NCBI GenBank assembly: GCA_038087875.1 | Contig: JAXLNO010000123.1 | Span: 1-61,362, forward strand | Length of the DNA stretch: 61,362 nt | Origin: Malacoraja senta | Lineage: Eukaryota | Direction of reading: 5' to 3' | Shown: positions 44,506-56,527 of the stretch, one piece after another | Numbering within the stretch: the stretch's first letter is position 1 | How the letters are laid out: each line of letters starts with the position of its first letter | Notes under the pieces: model-generated | Seen by the model: the letters and a program-made list of their open reading frames with translations, nothing else | Told to the model about the DNA's origin: nothing | Databases searched by the model: none | Translations under genes and position numbers: made by a program

Positions 44506-46077
44506 GACGATGATGATATTGCTGGGGTCACGGACAGTGAGGTAGGCTGTCAAAGTATTCAGCAGGATATAGATCAGATGCAGAAATGGGTGGAAAAATG
44601 GAGGATGGAGTTTAACCCGAGCATGTGTGAGGTGTTGCACTTTGAGAGGCCAAAATGTAAGGAGAAAATATACAATCAATGCAATGGCCATAACAGTGTA
44701 GATGTACAGAGGGATCTTGGGGTCCAAGTCCATAACACAAGTAGCCATGCAGGACAGTGACTTGGTGGACAGTCAAACAGGGAGCATAACACCAGGTGTG
44801 TGGAGGAGTGGTGTATGCGACGTGACTTTGGTATCACTGCAGCGTTTTCCACGTAACACGGGGACTAAGATTGCAAAAGAGCCGAGAGACCATCTCTGCT
44901 CATACTATAACTCAGCACTGGGCAGTGTGCCATGGCAGAACTAAGTCATTTGAGGGACAGCAGACAACAGGTACACCAGTGCATGAGGAGAACCCACATG
45001 CAGACAAGATCAGTGAATGTTATGTTTACTTTAAATCCTGCTGAATTTGTTTGATTTCAGTTTAAGTGTGGATTTTTATTTTCATTTTTGTGTAAATAAT
45101 TTCATTGCAGATGTCTGTTCATAAAGTAGTATTTGTCATGCATCTGCTGGTCTGATTAGAGTAGGTTGATCTGCAAACATAGCCCTTGAATTCATTGCAT
45201 TGTCTGTTTTATTGTCAGAATGTAGGCTGGTGCTTCATTTGTCAGCTGAATGATAAGAAATACTGGAAAAACTGCTTTGTGTTTCATTTGCTAATTGACA
45301 TGTACGGTAAGCCCTATTGCAAACCACCGTTGTTTGCTGTGGTGCTCCATTTATCAAGATGTGTAAAAATGGCCTTTATTTATTGAACAAGATGAATAAA
45401 GACTGTTTCACATTCACAGTGCGGTTTGTCTTATTTTCTGAGGTTAAATTATTTTACATTTAAAAGGCACAGCAAATGATTGTGAGATGTAAGATGTGAG
45501 TAGATCGCATCCTCTATTTGGTGTTTCATGATGAAGGAAATAGTACATTAAAGTCATGATACTATGGAATTATATTAAAATGAACAAACGGTGAGAATCA
45601 AATGGATTCTTAAGGTGTTTAACTATCACCCACTACAAAATGTGGGAGTAAGCAAACAAAAACGAAAACAATCTCAAACAGGGAACAAACGCCATTAACA
45701 TACAAATAAGAATCTACATCAAAAGATAAACTTTATTACAGACCCATGTCTCTGAGCCTCTCTCTCTCCCTCCCTTCATCCACAGCTGTTTCTGTTCGAC
45801 GGAGACAGCCATCTCCATATGTGAAAGTGAGTAGGCTTCTCTGGAAAAGAATTAGGAAGTACATGTTAAAAGCTTTTTAGCAGACCATAAAAAGGTGCAG
45901 TTGGGTTATTCCAGATTTTACTGTAAACTTTATGAAAATGTATTATCTTTTAGGGCAAATCATGGACTATTCTTGCATCACATCACTCAAGGAAGATAAT
46001 TAGTTTAATGGCCTTATGCGGTTGTGAATGAAAATTATATAAACTACAATCTAACACAAAATAATATGCTTTGAATT

Positions 46078-46912
46078 GTATAATGTGGATAAATGTGAGG
46101 TTATCCACTTTGGTGGCAAAAACAGGAAAGTAGACTATTATCTGAATGTTGGCCGATTAGGAAAAGGGGAGATGCAACGAGACCTGGGTGTCATGGTACA
46201 CCACTCATTGAAAGTGGGCATGCAGGTGCAGCAGGCAGTGAAGAAAGCGAATGGTATGTTAGCATTCATAGCAAAAGTATTTGAGTATAGGAGCAGGGAG
46301 GTTCTACTGCAGTTGTACAGGGTCTTGGTGAGACCACACCTGGAGTATTGCGTACAGTTTTGGTCTCCTAATCTGAGGAAAGACATTCTTGCCATAGAGG
46401 GAGTACAGAGAAGGTTCACCAGACTGATTCTTGGGATGGCAGGACTTTCATATGAAGAAAGACTGGATAGACTTGGTTTGTACTCGCTATAATTTAGAAG
46501 ATTGCGGGGGGATCTTATAGAAACTAACAAAATTCTTAAGGGGTTGGACAGGCTAGATGCCGGAAGATTGTTCCCGATGTTGGGGAAGTCCAGAACAAGG
46601 AGTCACAGTTTAAGGATAAGGGGGAAATCTTTTAGGACCGAGATGAGAAAAACATTTTTCACACAGAGAGTGGTGAATCTCTGGCATTCTCTGCCACAGG
46701 AGGTATTTGAGGCCAGTTCATTGGCTATATTTAAGAGGGAGTTAGATGTGGCCCTTGTGGCTAAAGGGATCAGGGTGTATGGAGAGAAGGCAGGTACAGG
46801 ATACTGAGTTGGAAGATCAGCCATGATCATATTGAATGGCGATGCAGGCTCGAAGGGCCGAATGGCCTACTCCTGCACCTATTGTCTATGTTTCTATGTT
46901 TCTATGTTTCTA
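46078..46912 (+). mobile_element. CR1 3' end (duplication unit 2)
   Basis: Same breakpoints and variants as 41075-41895. Confidence 0.93.
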
Positions 46913-46914
46913 AC

Positions 46915-49900
46915 ATCTCCAGAGGGCTCAACGGTGATACCTGGCGTCCCAGTTACACCCCCCTCAATTCCGTACCCTCCTATCTTCATCTTGCAGCCCA
47001 ATTGTTGTCTCTCCTTTTGATCCAAATCCAATTGCTGATTTTTTCTGCAGAATTTGATAATGATTTGATTGCTTGTTGGAGGGAGCGACCCCTCACCCCC
47101 ATTTTCTTTAATAGCCTGGTCATAGATGTAGCAACAAATCCCCTGCATCCCACTTCGACAGGGAAAATCTTGGTCTTCCAGCCATTCTGGGAAGCTTCAG
47201 TTGCCAGTTCAGAGTAGTAGGTCTTTTTACTCTCATAAGCTTCTTCAACACCATCTTCCCATGGAACTGTCAATTCCACAACGTATGCCAACTTGGCTGT
47301 TGTGGACCACAGGACCATGTCTGGCCGGAGTGTTGTAGCCACAATGTCTGGGGGAAACAGAAGCCTTTTTTCTAAGTCCACTTCCATTTTCCAATCCCAA
47401 GCAGGCTGCAGAATGCTTGCATCCATTGATGTTATCTGGTGCTCTGGAGGTTGGCCTGCTGGTACAAATGTTGTGAAGTGGACATTTCCTGCCGATGTTG
47501 GTGGGGAAGCATTTGTGATCGTTCGCCTCTGTTCAAGGATTGATGACAGCTGTTTGAGAACTTGGTTATGCTGCCAAGTGTAACGCCCTTGGCCGAGGCT
47601 CATAGTGCATTCTGTTAAAATGTGCCTTAGTGATGCAGGTGCTTGGCAAATGGAGCAAGTGGGGTCTTCTCCGAACCACTGCTTCAGGTTCTGGGGTGAG
47701 GGTGGAACATAAGTGGCGCTGATGACAAAACTGAGCCGAGATCCTTCCATTTGCCAGATGTCACGCCAGCTGCGTTTCCTCTTTTCCAGGCTCTTCCAGT
47801 TAGTCCATTGGCCCTGCTTGGCCATTGAGACGGCCTTGGCGTGTCGCTCTGCCTCCTCCCGTCTATTCACCTCCTCCACCACGAGCCGTCTCTTCTGCAC
47901 TGATGTTGCCTTGTGTCATTGAGGAGCTTTTGGGACGAGCCCGAGCCCGGCTCTCCCGTGTTGGTCTTGACCAACCACATCCCGGAAATGAAGAGCAGAC
48001 TTAGCACTCTGAGCGGCTTCAGATGGGGCCCACTTCCTCCCCGTTGCCACACTGGGGGCCGCTGTTCGAATAACAGTATCTTCAGATTCAGTGAGGGTCA
48101 TGACCAACCTTGCTTTAGTGCATTTGAACTCTTCCACAAGTCCTGCAATGGGTAATTCCAATTTGCCACTCCCGTACAGTCCGACACCACTTAAGTATCG
48201 TGGAAGTCCAAGCCACTGTTTCACATGTGTGCTGATCATTCTTTCCAGCTCTTCCACTTTGTTGATGGGGATTTCATACATAGTTAAAGGCCACATGATT
48301 CTTGGTAGAATGCCAAATTGGAAGCACCACAGCTTGAGTTTTCCTGGTAGCAAGGTCTTGTTGATGCGAGCTATGTGCATGATGGTATCCTTTTTCAGTT
48401 GTTCAAACTGCTCGGTGTCCTTGAGCTTTGCGTCATACCATCGGCCCAAACTCTTCACTGGCATTTCTGAAACAGTTGGAACAGGTATTCCGTCAATATG
48501 ATATCTTTGATCCTTGACTTGACCTTTGACAATGGAGATGCTTCTGCACTTGCTGGGTTTAATCTTCATCCTTGCCCATGTGATGTTTTGATGAAGTTTT
48601 TCCAGAAGTCTCTTGGTGCAGGGGATAGTTGTTGTTAGTGTTGTTATATCGTCCATAAAGGCTCGTACCGGTGGCAATCGCTGACCACACTGTAGCCGTT
48701 TTCCTCCCACAACCCATTTTGATGCTCTGACAATGAGCTCCATTGCCATAGTGAAGGTCAATGGGGAGATGGTGCACCCCGCCATGATGCCTACTTCCAG
48801 TGCTTGCCACGCTGTGGTGAAGTCTGATGTTGTGAGATAAAATTGCAGGTCCTGGAAGTAGTTTTTTACCAGATTTTTTATTATTGCAGGCATCTGAAAG
48901 AATTCAGAAGCAGTCTACAGTAGCGAATGAGGAACTGATCCATAGATGTTGGCCAGATCGAGGAACAAGACATGCAGATTCTTTCGTTCTTTCTTATCAG
49001 TCTGGATTTGATGCCATATGATGCTGGTATGTTCAAGGCATCCCGAGAAGCCTGCTATGCCAGCCTTTTGGATTGACGTATAAGTGAAATGGTTTTGTTT
49101 CAGATACTTTAAATCTTTTCGCCACCACACTGAAAAAGATCTTGCCCTCTATGTTAACATAGAAACATAGAAACATAGACAACAGGTGCAGGAGTAGGCC
49201 ATTTGTCCCTTCGAGCCTGCACCGCCATTCAATATGATCATGGCTGATCATCCAACTCAGTATCCCGTACCTGCCTTCTCTCCATACCCTCTGATCCCTT
49301 TAGCCACAAGGGCCACATCTAACTCCCTCTTAAATATAGCCAATGAACTGGCCTCAACTACCTTCTGTGGCAGAGAGTTCCACAGATTCACCACACTCTG
49401 TGTGAAAAAAGTTTTTCTCATCTCGGTCCTAAAAGATTTCCCCCTTATCCTTAAGCTGTGACTCCTTGTCCTGGACTTCCCCAACATCGGGAACAATCTT
49501 CCTGCATCTAACCTGTCCAACCCCTTAAGAATTTTGTAAGTTTCTATAAGATCCCCCCTCAATCTTCTAAATTCTAGCGAGTACAAGCCGAGTCTATCCA
49601 GTCTATCTTCATACGAAAGTCCTGACATCCCAGGAATCAGTCTGGTGAACCTTCTCTGCACTCCCTCTATGGCAATAATGTCCTTCCTCAGATTTGGAGA
49701 CCAAAACTGTACGCAATACTCCAGGTGTGGTCTCACCAAGACCCTGTACAACTGCAGTAGACCCTCCCTGCTCCTATACTCAAATCCTTTTGCTATGAAA
49801 GGTTTATTAAGAAGGTTTATTTGCCGAAACTGTGCGATGGTGGAAGAATTTTTTTCTTTTGGGATCAGGACTTGCCCCGCTCTTCGCCAGGCTTTGGGGA

Positions 49901-50176
49901 TGACTTCCTTTTCCCACGCAACCCTCATGTTGCTCCAGAGGAATTTCAGAATATCTGGGGCATTCTTGTAGACACAATACGGAACACCATTAGGGCCTGG
50001 TGCAGAGGCCGGTCTTGCCTTCCTCACTACATCTTTTACCTCACTCAGCTTGGGAGGGCTGGTGTCAAATTGATGTTGTGGGGGTGAGATTGGTGGGATG
50101 TCAGCGGGGACAAAAATCGGTTCATCTTTTAACATCAGTGTGGATGGTTCTGATGTGTCCTCCAACCTCCTTTTTT
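46915..50176 (-). mobile_element. HERO/R2-group RLE retrotransposon, copy 2 (5'-truncated, interrupted by CR1)
   Basis: RT 47916-49130; CSIC..HILTEC zinc knuckle; RPD..VE..K..Y..L..PVEVGCRGF endonuclease ending 46986; TGA at 47916. Confidence 0.9.
49158..49799 (-). mobile_element. Young CR1 3' end inserted in HERO copy 2
   Basis: Absent from copy 1 (empty site ctatgttaagaagg at ~44132). Confidence 0.93.
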
Positions 50177-51352
50177 GACGATGATGATAATGCTGGGGTC
50201 ACGGACAGTGAGGTAGGCTGTCAAAGTATTCAGCAGGATATAGATCAGATGCAGAAATGGGTGGAAAAATGGAGGATGGAGTTTAACCCGAGCATGTGTG
50301 AGGTGTTGCACTTTGAGATTTCAGTTTAAGTGTGGATTTTTATTTTCATTTTTGTGTAAATAATTTCATTGCAGATGTCTGTTCATAAAGTAGTATGTAT
50401 CAAGCATCTGCTGGTCTGATTAGTGTAGGCAGATCTGCAAACATAGCCCTTGAATTCATTGCATTGTCTGTTTTATTGTCAGAATGTAGGCTGGTGCTTC
50501 ATTTGTCAGCTGAATGATAAGAAATACTGGAAAAACTTCTCTGTGTTTCATTTGCTAATTGACATGTACGGTAAGCCCTATTGCAAACCACCGTTGTTTG
50601 CTGTGGTGCTCCATTTATCAAGATGTGTAAAAATGGCCTTTATTTATTGAACAAGATGAATAAAGACTTTCACATTCACAGTGCGGTTTGTCTTATTTTC
50701 TGAGGTTAAATTATTTTACATTTAAAAGGCACAGCAAATGATTGTGAGATGTAAGATGTGAGTAGATCGCATCCTCTATTTGGTGTTTCATGATGAAGGA
50801 AATAGTACATTAAAGTCATGATACTATGGAATTATATTAAAATGAACAAACGGTGAGAATCAAATGGATTCTTAAGGTGTTTAACTATCACCCACTACAA
50901 AATGTGGGAGTTTGCAAATAAAACGAAAACAATCTCAAACAGGGAACAAACGCCATTAACATACAAATAAGAATCTACATCAAAAGATAAACTTTATTAC
51001 AGACCCATGTCTCTGAGCCTCTCTCTCTCCCTTCATCCAAAGCTGTTTCTGTTTCACGGAGACAGCCATCTCCATATCCAGAAGCCAATGCTGTTAAGGC
51101 TGTTACAGCAGGTGTAGATGTGTGAAAGTGAGTAGGGTTCTCTGGAAAAGAATTAGGAAGTACATGTTAAAAGCTTTTTAGCAGACCATAAAAAGGTGCA
51201 GTTGGGTTATTCCAGATTTTACTGTAAACTTTATGAAAATGTATCATCTTTTAGGGCAAATCATGGACTATTCTTGCATCACATCACTCAAGGAAGATCA
51301 TTAGTTTAATGGCCTTATGCGGTTGTGAATAAAAATTATTTAAACTACAATC

Positions 51353-52912
51353 CTTTTTAAAATATTTTATTTATTAGAAGTAATGTACATTACAGTGATA
51401 TAAGCCAAAAATAACATAATACATTTCCTGTACCACTTCTTGTTTTAAACTTTAAAAAGGAGAAGAATAGAGAGAGTTAGATAAGATAGTAAGTGCGTGA
51501 AAGAGTGATCAGGAGAAACCCGTAGAAACGTAAAACACGAGAAAGAGTTAAAAAGAAAACCAAAGGAAAAGAAAGAGAAATATAGAAAACAGAAGATATA
51601 AGAAAGTAAAATAAGATAAAAGGGATGTACCTACTTCATATCTTTACACACCCCTCACCAGGTCCTGAAACCAGTTATTTTACACTTCATATCTTTACAC
51701 ACCCCTCACCAGGTCCTGAAACCAGTTATTTTCAAAGTTATGTTGCACCCTATGCTTGTAATAAGTCGATAAATGGAGACCAAATCTTTTGGAAATGGTC
51801 TGATTTGCCTGCTAGGAGGAATCTCATGTCTTCCAGGTGTAATATTTCGGACATATTTGAAATCCACATTTATATCGTTGGTGTGGGAGCGTTTTTCCAG
51901 AATTTAAGTATGTTTTGTTGCCATTATTAAGCCGTAATTAAGGAAGCTCTTTTGGAACGAAGTCAGCTCAAAGCTGGCTTCCATTGTTCCAAAAATAATC
52001 AATTCTACGTTCGGTTTCAGTTTTATTTTAAATAATTTTGTAAAAATTTCAACGATTTCATTCCAAGATTTTTGGATTTTTATACAAAAAACAAAGGAAT
52101 GTGCTATAGTTGCTTCTTGGGATAGACATTTATCACAGATGGGGGAGACATTTGGAAAACATTTACTTATTTTAGTTTTTGAGTAATATAGACTATGTAA
52201 GGTTTTGAATTGGATTAGAATATGTCTTACATTGATCGAGCATTTGCGCACATATAGCAAGTGTTTATCCCAACTCTCTTTCGAGATTTTTATAGCTAGT
52301 TCTTGTTCCCAATCTCTTCTAATTCTATCGGATGATGGTATTTCTATATTTAGGATGATATTATACAAGTATGATATTAAATTAGTTGATTCCGCTTTTA
52401 TATTCATTGCTTCGTCTCATAGGTCTGGAGACAAATTTTGATATTCTTTTGTATATTTTTTCAAATAATCACGGATTTGAAAATATTTAAAATATTGATT
52501 ACTTCTCAGATTGTATTTAAGTTGTAGTTGTTGGAATGATAAAAAATTCCATTTTCATACATGTCTCCAAACGTTTTAATTCCTATTCTTTCCCAATGTG
52601 TAAATGATTTATCTATAATGGATGGTTTAAACGACGGATTATTAACTATGGGAGAGAGAAGCGATAGGTTTCTTAATTTTAGGGTTAATTTTATTTGTTT
52701 CCAAATTCTAATTGTACTATGAATAATTGGATTTTTACTGTATATTGTATTATTCAGTTTTATTGGTGAGAGAAAGATCGCTCCTATATTAAAAGGGGAG
52801 CAATCCTCTCTCTCCATTACTATCCAATCCACCCGTTGGGCAGAATTGTCCAACAGGTGAATCACATTTATGACATTTGCTGCCCAATAATAATACAAAA
52901 AATTAGGGAGTG
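51353..52912 (-). mobile_element. 5'-truncated L1-clade LINE
   Basis: LPNFLYYYWA, NPIIHSTIRIW, CDKC..HSF..C; A-rich tail; 13-bp TSD ttaaactac(a/g)atc at 51340-51352 and 52913-52925. Confidence 0.88.
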
Positions 52913-53562
52913 TTAAACTACGATCTAACACAAAATAATACACTTTGAATTGTATACCAACACACATTAAATCATTGTGACAATCTCATATGAGAAGTAA
53001 AGATATTGAAGCCAAGCGATAACAGAAGTAGTTATAATTGAAATGGCATATTTACATTCTCGTGGTAGACGATTGCATTAGTCAAGAGAAGTTTTGTGAA
53101 CACCCACACGTTCCCTGTGGGATTGTTGGTTATCACTGAGACCACACACTCACAGACTTTAAATACATGGTCGTATTGCGGTGTCGTTTCCCTGCGTGCA
53201 TCACTCATCACTTTTATACCTTTTACAAGGTCAGTGAGCTAAAACATAAGAACCCATGTTAAGAGCGCAATGGTGGATGGATGGATGCATTGGCGAATGA
53301 GAATTGAAATGTGCTGACTTCTAACTCTATGTACTTACAACAGTCAAGTGGTCTTTAAAACCTCTCCCTTCGTCATCCCCTCCAGGTGTGGTGCCGCCAC
53401 TGTTGCTCTCCTGCAACATCTGCCTCCTGGAATGCTGGTGGATGGGCCCGGCGAAGAGGTCCCCTCCAGAGGATCATCCACCTCCTGCTCACTGCTCTGT
53501 TGTTGATGCTGGAATCATTTTTACAATGTGTCCAGAGCCTCATGACTGTAACTATGACGTGA

Positions 53563-55970
53563 GGCAGCAGTAGGGATGCGAGGATGGTTTGCTGCCTACC
53601 AGGTGCCAGGATCCAGGATGTCACGGACAGAGTGGAGAAAATCCTCAAGAGCGAACGTGAACAGCCGGAAGTTGTAGTGCATGTTGGCACAAACGATGTC
53701 GGAAAGAAGGGGATGAATATTCTGAAGCGTCACTTTAGAGAGCTCAGATAAGTGCTGAAAAGCAGGACCTCCAGGGTGGTTATCTCCGGTTTGCTTCCAG
53801 TTCCTCGTGCTGGCGAGAGCAGGAACAGGGTGATACGGGACCTGAATGCATGGCTGGGGAACTTGTACAGGGGGCAGGGATTTAGATTCTTAGATCACTG
53901 GGATCTGTTTTGGAGAAGGGGGAACTGTACAAAAGGGACGGATTGCACCTTAACAGGTGGGGGACCGGCATTCTGGCAGGCAGGTTTGTCACTGCTACAC
54001 AGGTGGTTTAAAACTAAATAAGGGGGGGGGGTGTCAAATGGGATAGTCGATGATGGAGTTAAAGGGAAAGGGAGGAAGGAGATAGTTAATGACCCCAGAA
54101 TTAATGGGAAAGGAAGCTCACAAAGGGATAGGAGAGTATGGCCAAGTGTAATAGGGATCGATGTGAAAGGTGAGATGCATAAGGAATTAAAAGTATTGTA
54201 TATGAATGAGCGAAGTATAAGAAGTAAAGTAGATGAGCTTGAGGCTCAGTTAGAGGTCGGTAGATATGACATTGTGGGGATTACTGAGACGTGGCTGCAG
54301 GAGGATCGGGCCTGGGAACTTAATATTCAGGGTTATACATCCTATAGAAAGGACAGGCAGGTGGGCAGAAGAGGGGGGGTAGCTCTGCTGGTGAGGGAGG
54401 GAATTCAGTCCCTTGCAAGGGAAGACATAGGGACTGACGAGGTAGAGTCACTGTGGATTGAGTTGAGGAATTGTAAAGGCAAGAAGACACTAATTGGTGT
54501 TATTTACAGACCACCAAATAGTAGCCTGGATGTAGGGTGTAAGTTGCAGCAGGAGTTAAAACTGGCATGTAACAAAGGTAATGCCACTGTGGTGATGGGG
54601 GATTTCAATATGCAGGTAGACTGGGAAAATCAGGTTGGTCCAGGTGTATTTGAGTGCCAGATGGAAGTTAGTGGTGAAATGGATGAAGTCAGTGTGGGTG
54701 CAGGAGGTGGCACCAATGTAGTCGTCGATGTAGCGGAGGTAGAGGTCGGGGATGGGGCCCTGGTACGTCTCGAACAAGGATTGTTCGACGTACCCTACAA
54801 AGAGGCAGGCATAGCTGGGGCCCATACGTATGCCCATAGCTACGCCTTGTATTTGGAGTTGATGAAGTCGGTGATGGTGCTAGAGATAGTGGCCTGGTGC
54901 TTGTCAGTGGGGTCATGGTCCAGGGATAAGTAGGAGGAGGTGTCCGAGAGTTGGCGCGTGGCCTCAGCCTTGTAGAGATCGACGCGCCAGACTACCACGG
55001 CACCTCCCTTGTCGGTGGGTTTGATCAGCCTGTCTGGGTTGTTGCGGAGTGAGTCGATGACTGTACGTTCAGGGGGGAGAGGTTGGAGTGAGACAGGGGA
55101 GTGGAGAAGTTGAGGCGATTGATGTCCCGCTGGCAGTTTTGAATAAAAAGGTCTAAAGCCGGAAGGCCATGCGGGGGGGTCCAAGAGGAGGGGGTCCGTT
55201 GGAGACGGGAAAAAGGATCAACAATAGGGGGCGAGGACTCCTTCCCATGGAAGAACGCAGTGAGGCGGAGGCGACGGTAGAAGAGCTCCAAGTCTGGTGG
55301 GCGCGGAACTCATTGAGCTAATGGAATGTTGGCCTTCATAACAAGAGGACTTCAGTATAGTAGTAGAGAGGTTCTTCTGCAATTGTATAGGGCTCTGGTG
55401 AGACCACATCTGGAGTATTTTGTACAGTTTTGGTCTCCTAATTTGAGGAAGGACATCCTTGTGATTGAGGCAGTGCAGCGTAGTTTCACGAGATTGATCC
55501 CTGCAATGGCGGGACTGTCATATGAGGAAAGATTGAAAAGACTAGGCTTGTATTCACTGGAGTTTAGAAGGATGAGGGGTTATCTTATAGAAACTTATAA
55601 AATTATAAAAGGACTGGACAAGCTAGATGCAGGAAAAATGTTCCCAATGTTGGGCGAGTCCAGAACTAGGGGCCACAGTCTTAAAATAAAGGGGAGGCCA
55701 TTTAAGTCTGAGGTGAGAAGAAACTTTTTCACCCAGAGAGTTGTGAATTTGTGGAATTCCCTGCCACAGAGGGCAGTGGAGACCAAAACACTGGATGGAT
55801 TTAAGAGAGAGTTAGATAGAGCTCTAGGGGCTGGTGGAGTCAAGAGATATGGGGAGAAGGCAGGCACGGGTTATTGATTGGGGACGATTAGCCATGATCA
55901 CAATGAATGGTGGTGCTGGCTCGAAGGGACGAATGGCCTCCTCCTGCACCTATTTTCTATGTTTCTGCGT
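53563..55970 (+). mobile_element. CR1-Penelope-CR1 composite, deleted duplicate of 56528-61362
   Basis: ORF1 esterase (HVGTND), ORF2 EN, Penelope piece 54640-55315 (-) and CR1 3' end; the PLE/CR1 junction is identical to the one at 60919. Confidence 0.88.
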
Positions 55971-56301
55971 TTCTTAATAAACAGACATGCGCTTACAAGC
56001 CATTGAGGCCTTTGCAATTGAAGCCCTGTTTTAATTGCCTGCATTCTGCATATTTAATGTGGTCCTTCTTGAAGATAGGATTCACAGTTCAAAACAAACA
56101 GCGGACAAACAATACATGAGTTAATTGCCTGTCCTCATGCATATTTACTGTTTGGGCTTTTGGAGACAGGATTCAACTGTCAAACACATAAAGTGTGAAA
56201 GTTGTCAGCAACCTTACGTTTCCAGCTGCAAACCAAGTACAAACGTTTTATTTTATGCAAAATAAAGCCTTTCACTTCAGTGAGACTGTCAATTTTATTT
56301 T

Positions 56302-56527
56302 TGAAAAGGGAGGGAGAGGGAAAACGGGGAATTACAGACCAGTTAGTATAACATCGGTAGTGGGAAAAATGCTAGAGTCAGTTATTAAAGATGGGATAGC
56401 AGCACATTTGGAAAGTGGTGAAATTGGACAAAGTCAGCATGGATTTATGAAAGGTAAATCATGTCTGACGAATCTTATAGAATTTTTCGAGGATGTAACT
56501 AGTAGCGTGGATAAGGGAGAACCAGTC
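56302..56527 (+). mobile_element. CR1 RT fragment of another subfamily
   Basis: [28 protein letters not shown]. Confidence 0.85.

Larger units (their letters stand above)
39463..51352. repeat. Tandem segmental duplication, ~4.9/5.7-kb units (39463-44333, 44334-50004, partial 50005-51352)
   Basis: Same TE order and junctions in each unit; shared private mutations. Confidence 0.92.

Noticed and set aside
750..49461. Recurrent MIMADHPTQYPVP ORFs
   Set aside because: Antisense frame of the CR1 3' end.
49257..50165. HERO-CR1 fusion as a new gene
   Set aside because: Neither catalytic core is included; it is a by-product of the insertion.
40180..50650. Three copies of a 66-aa ORF (MNSLHCLFY...)
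   Set aside because: Similarity is explained by the DNA duplication; non-ATG start and no domain.
54031..54933. 300-aa ORF
   Set aside because: CR1 endonuclease running into antisense Penelope across a deletion.
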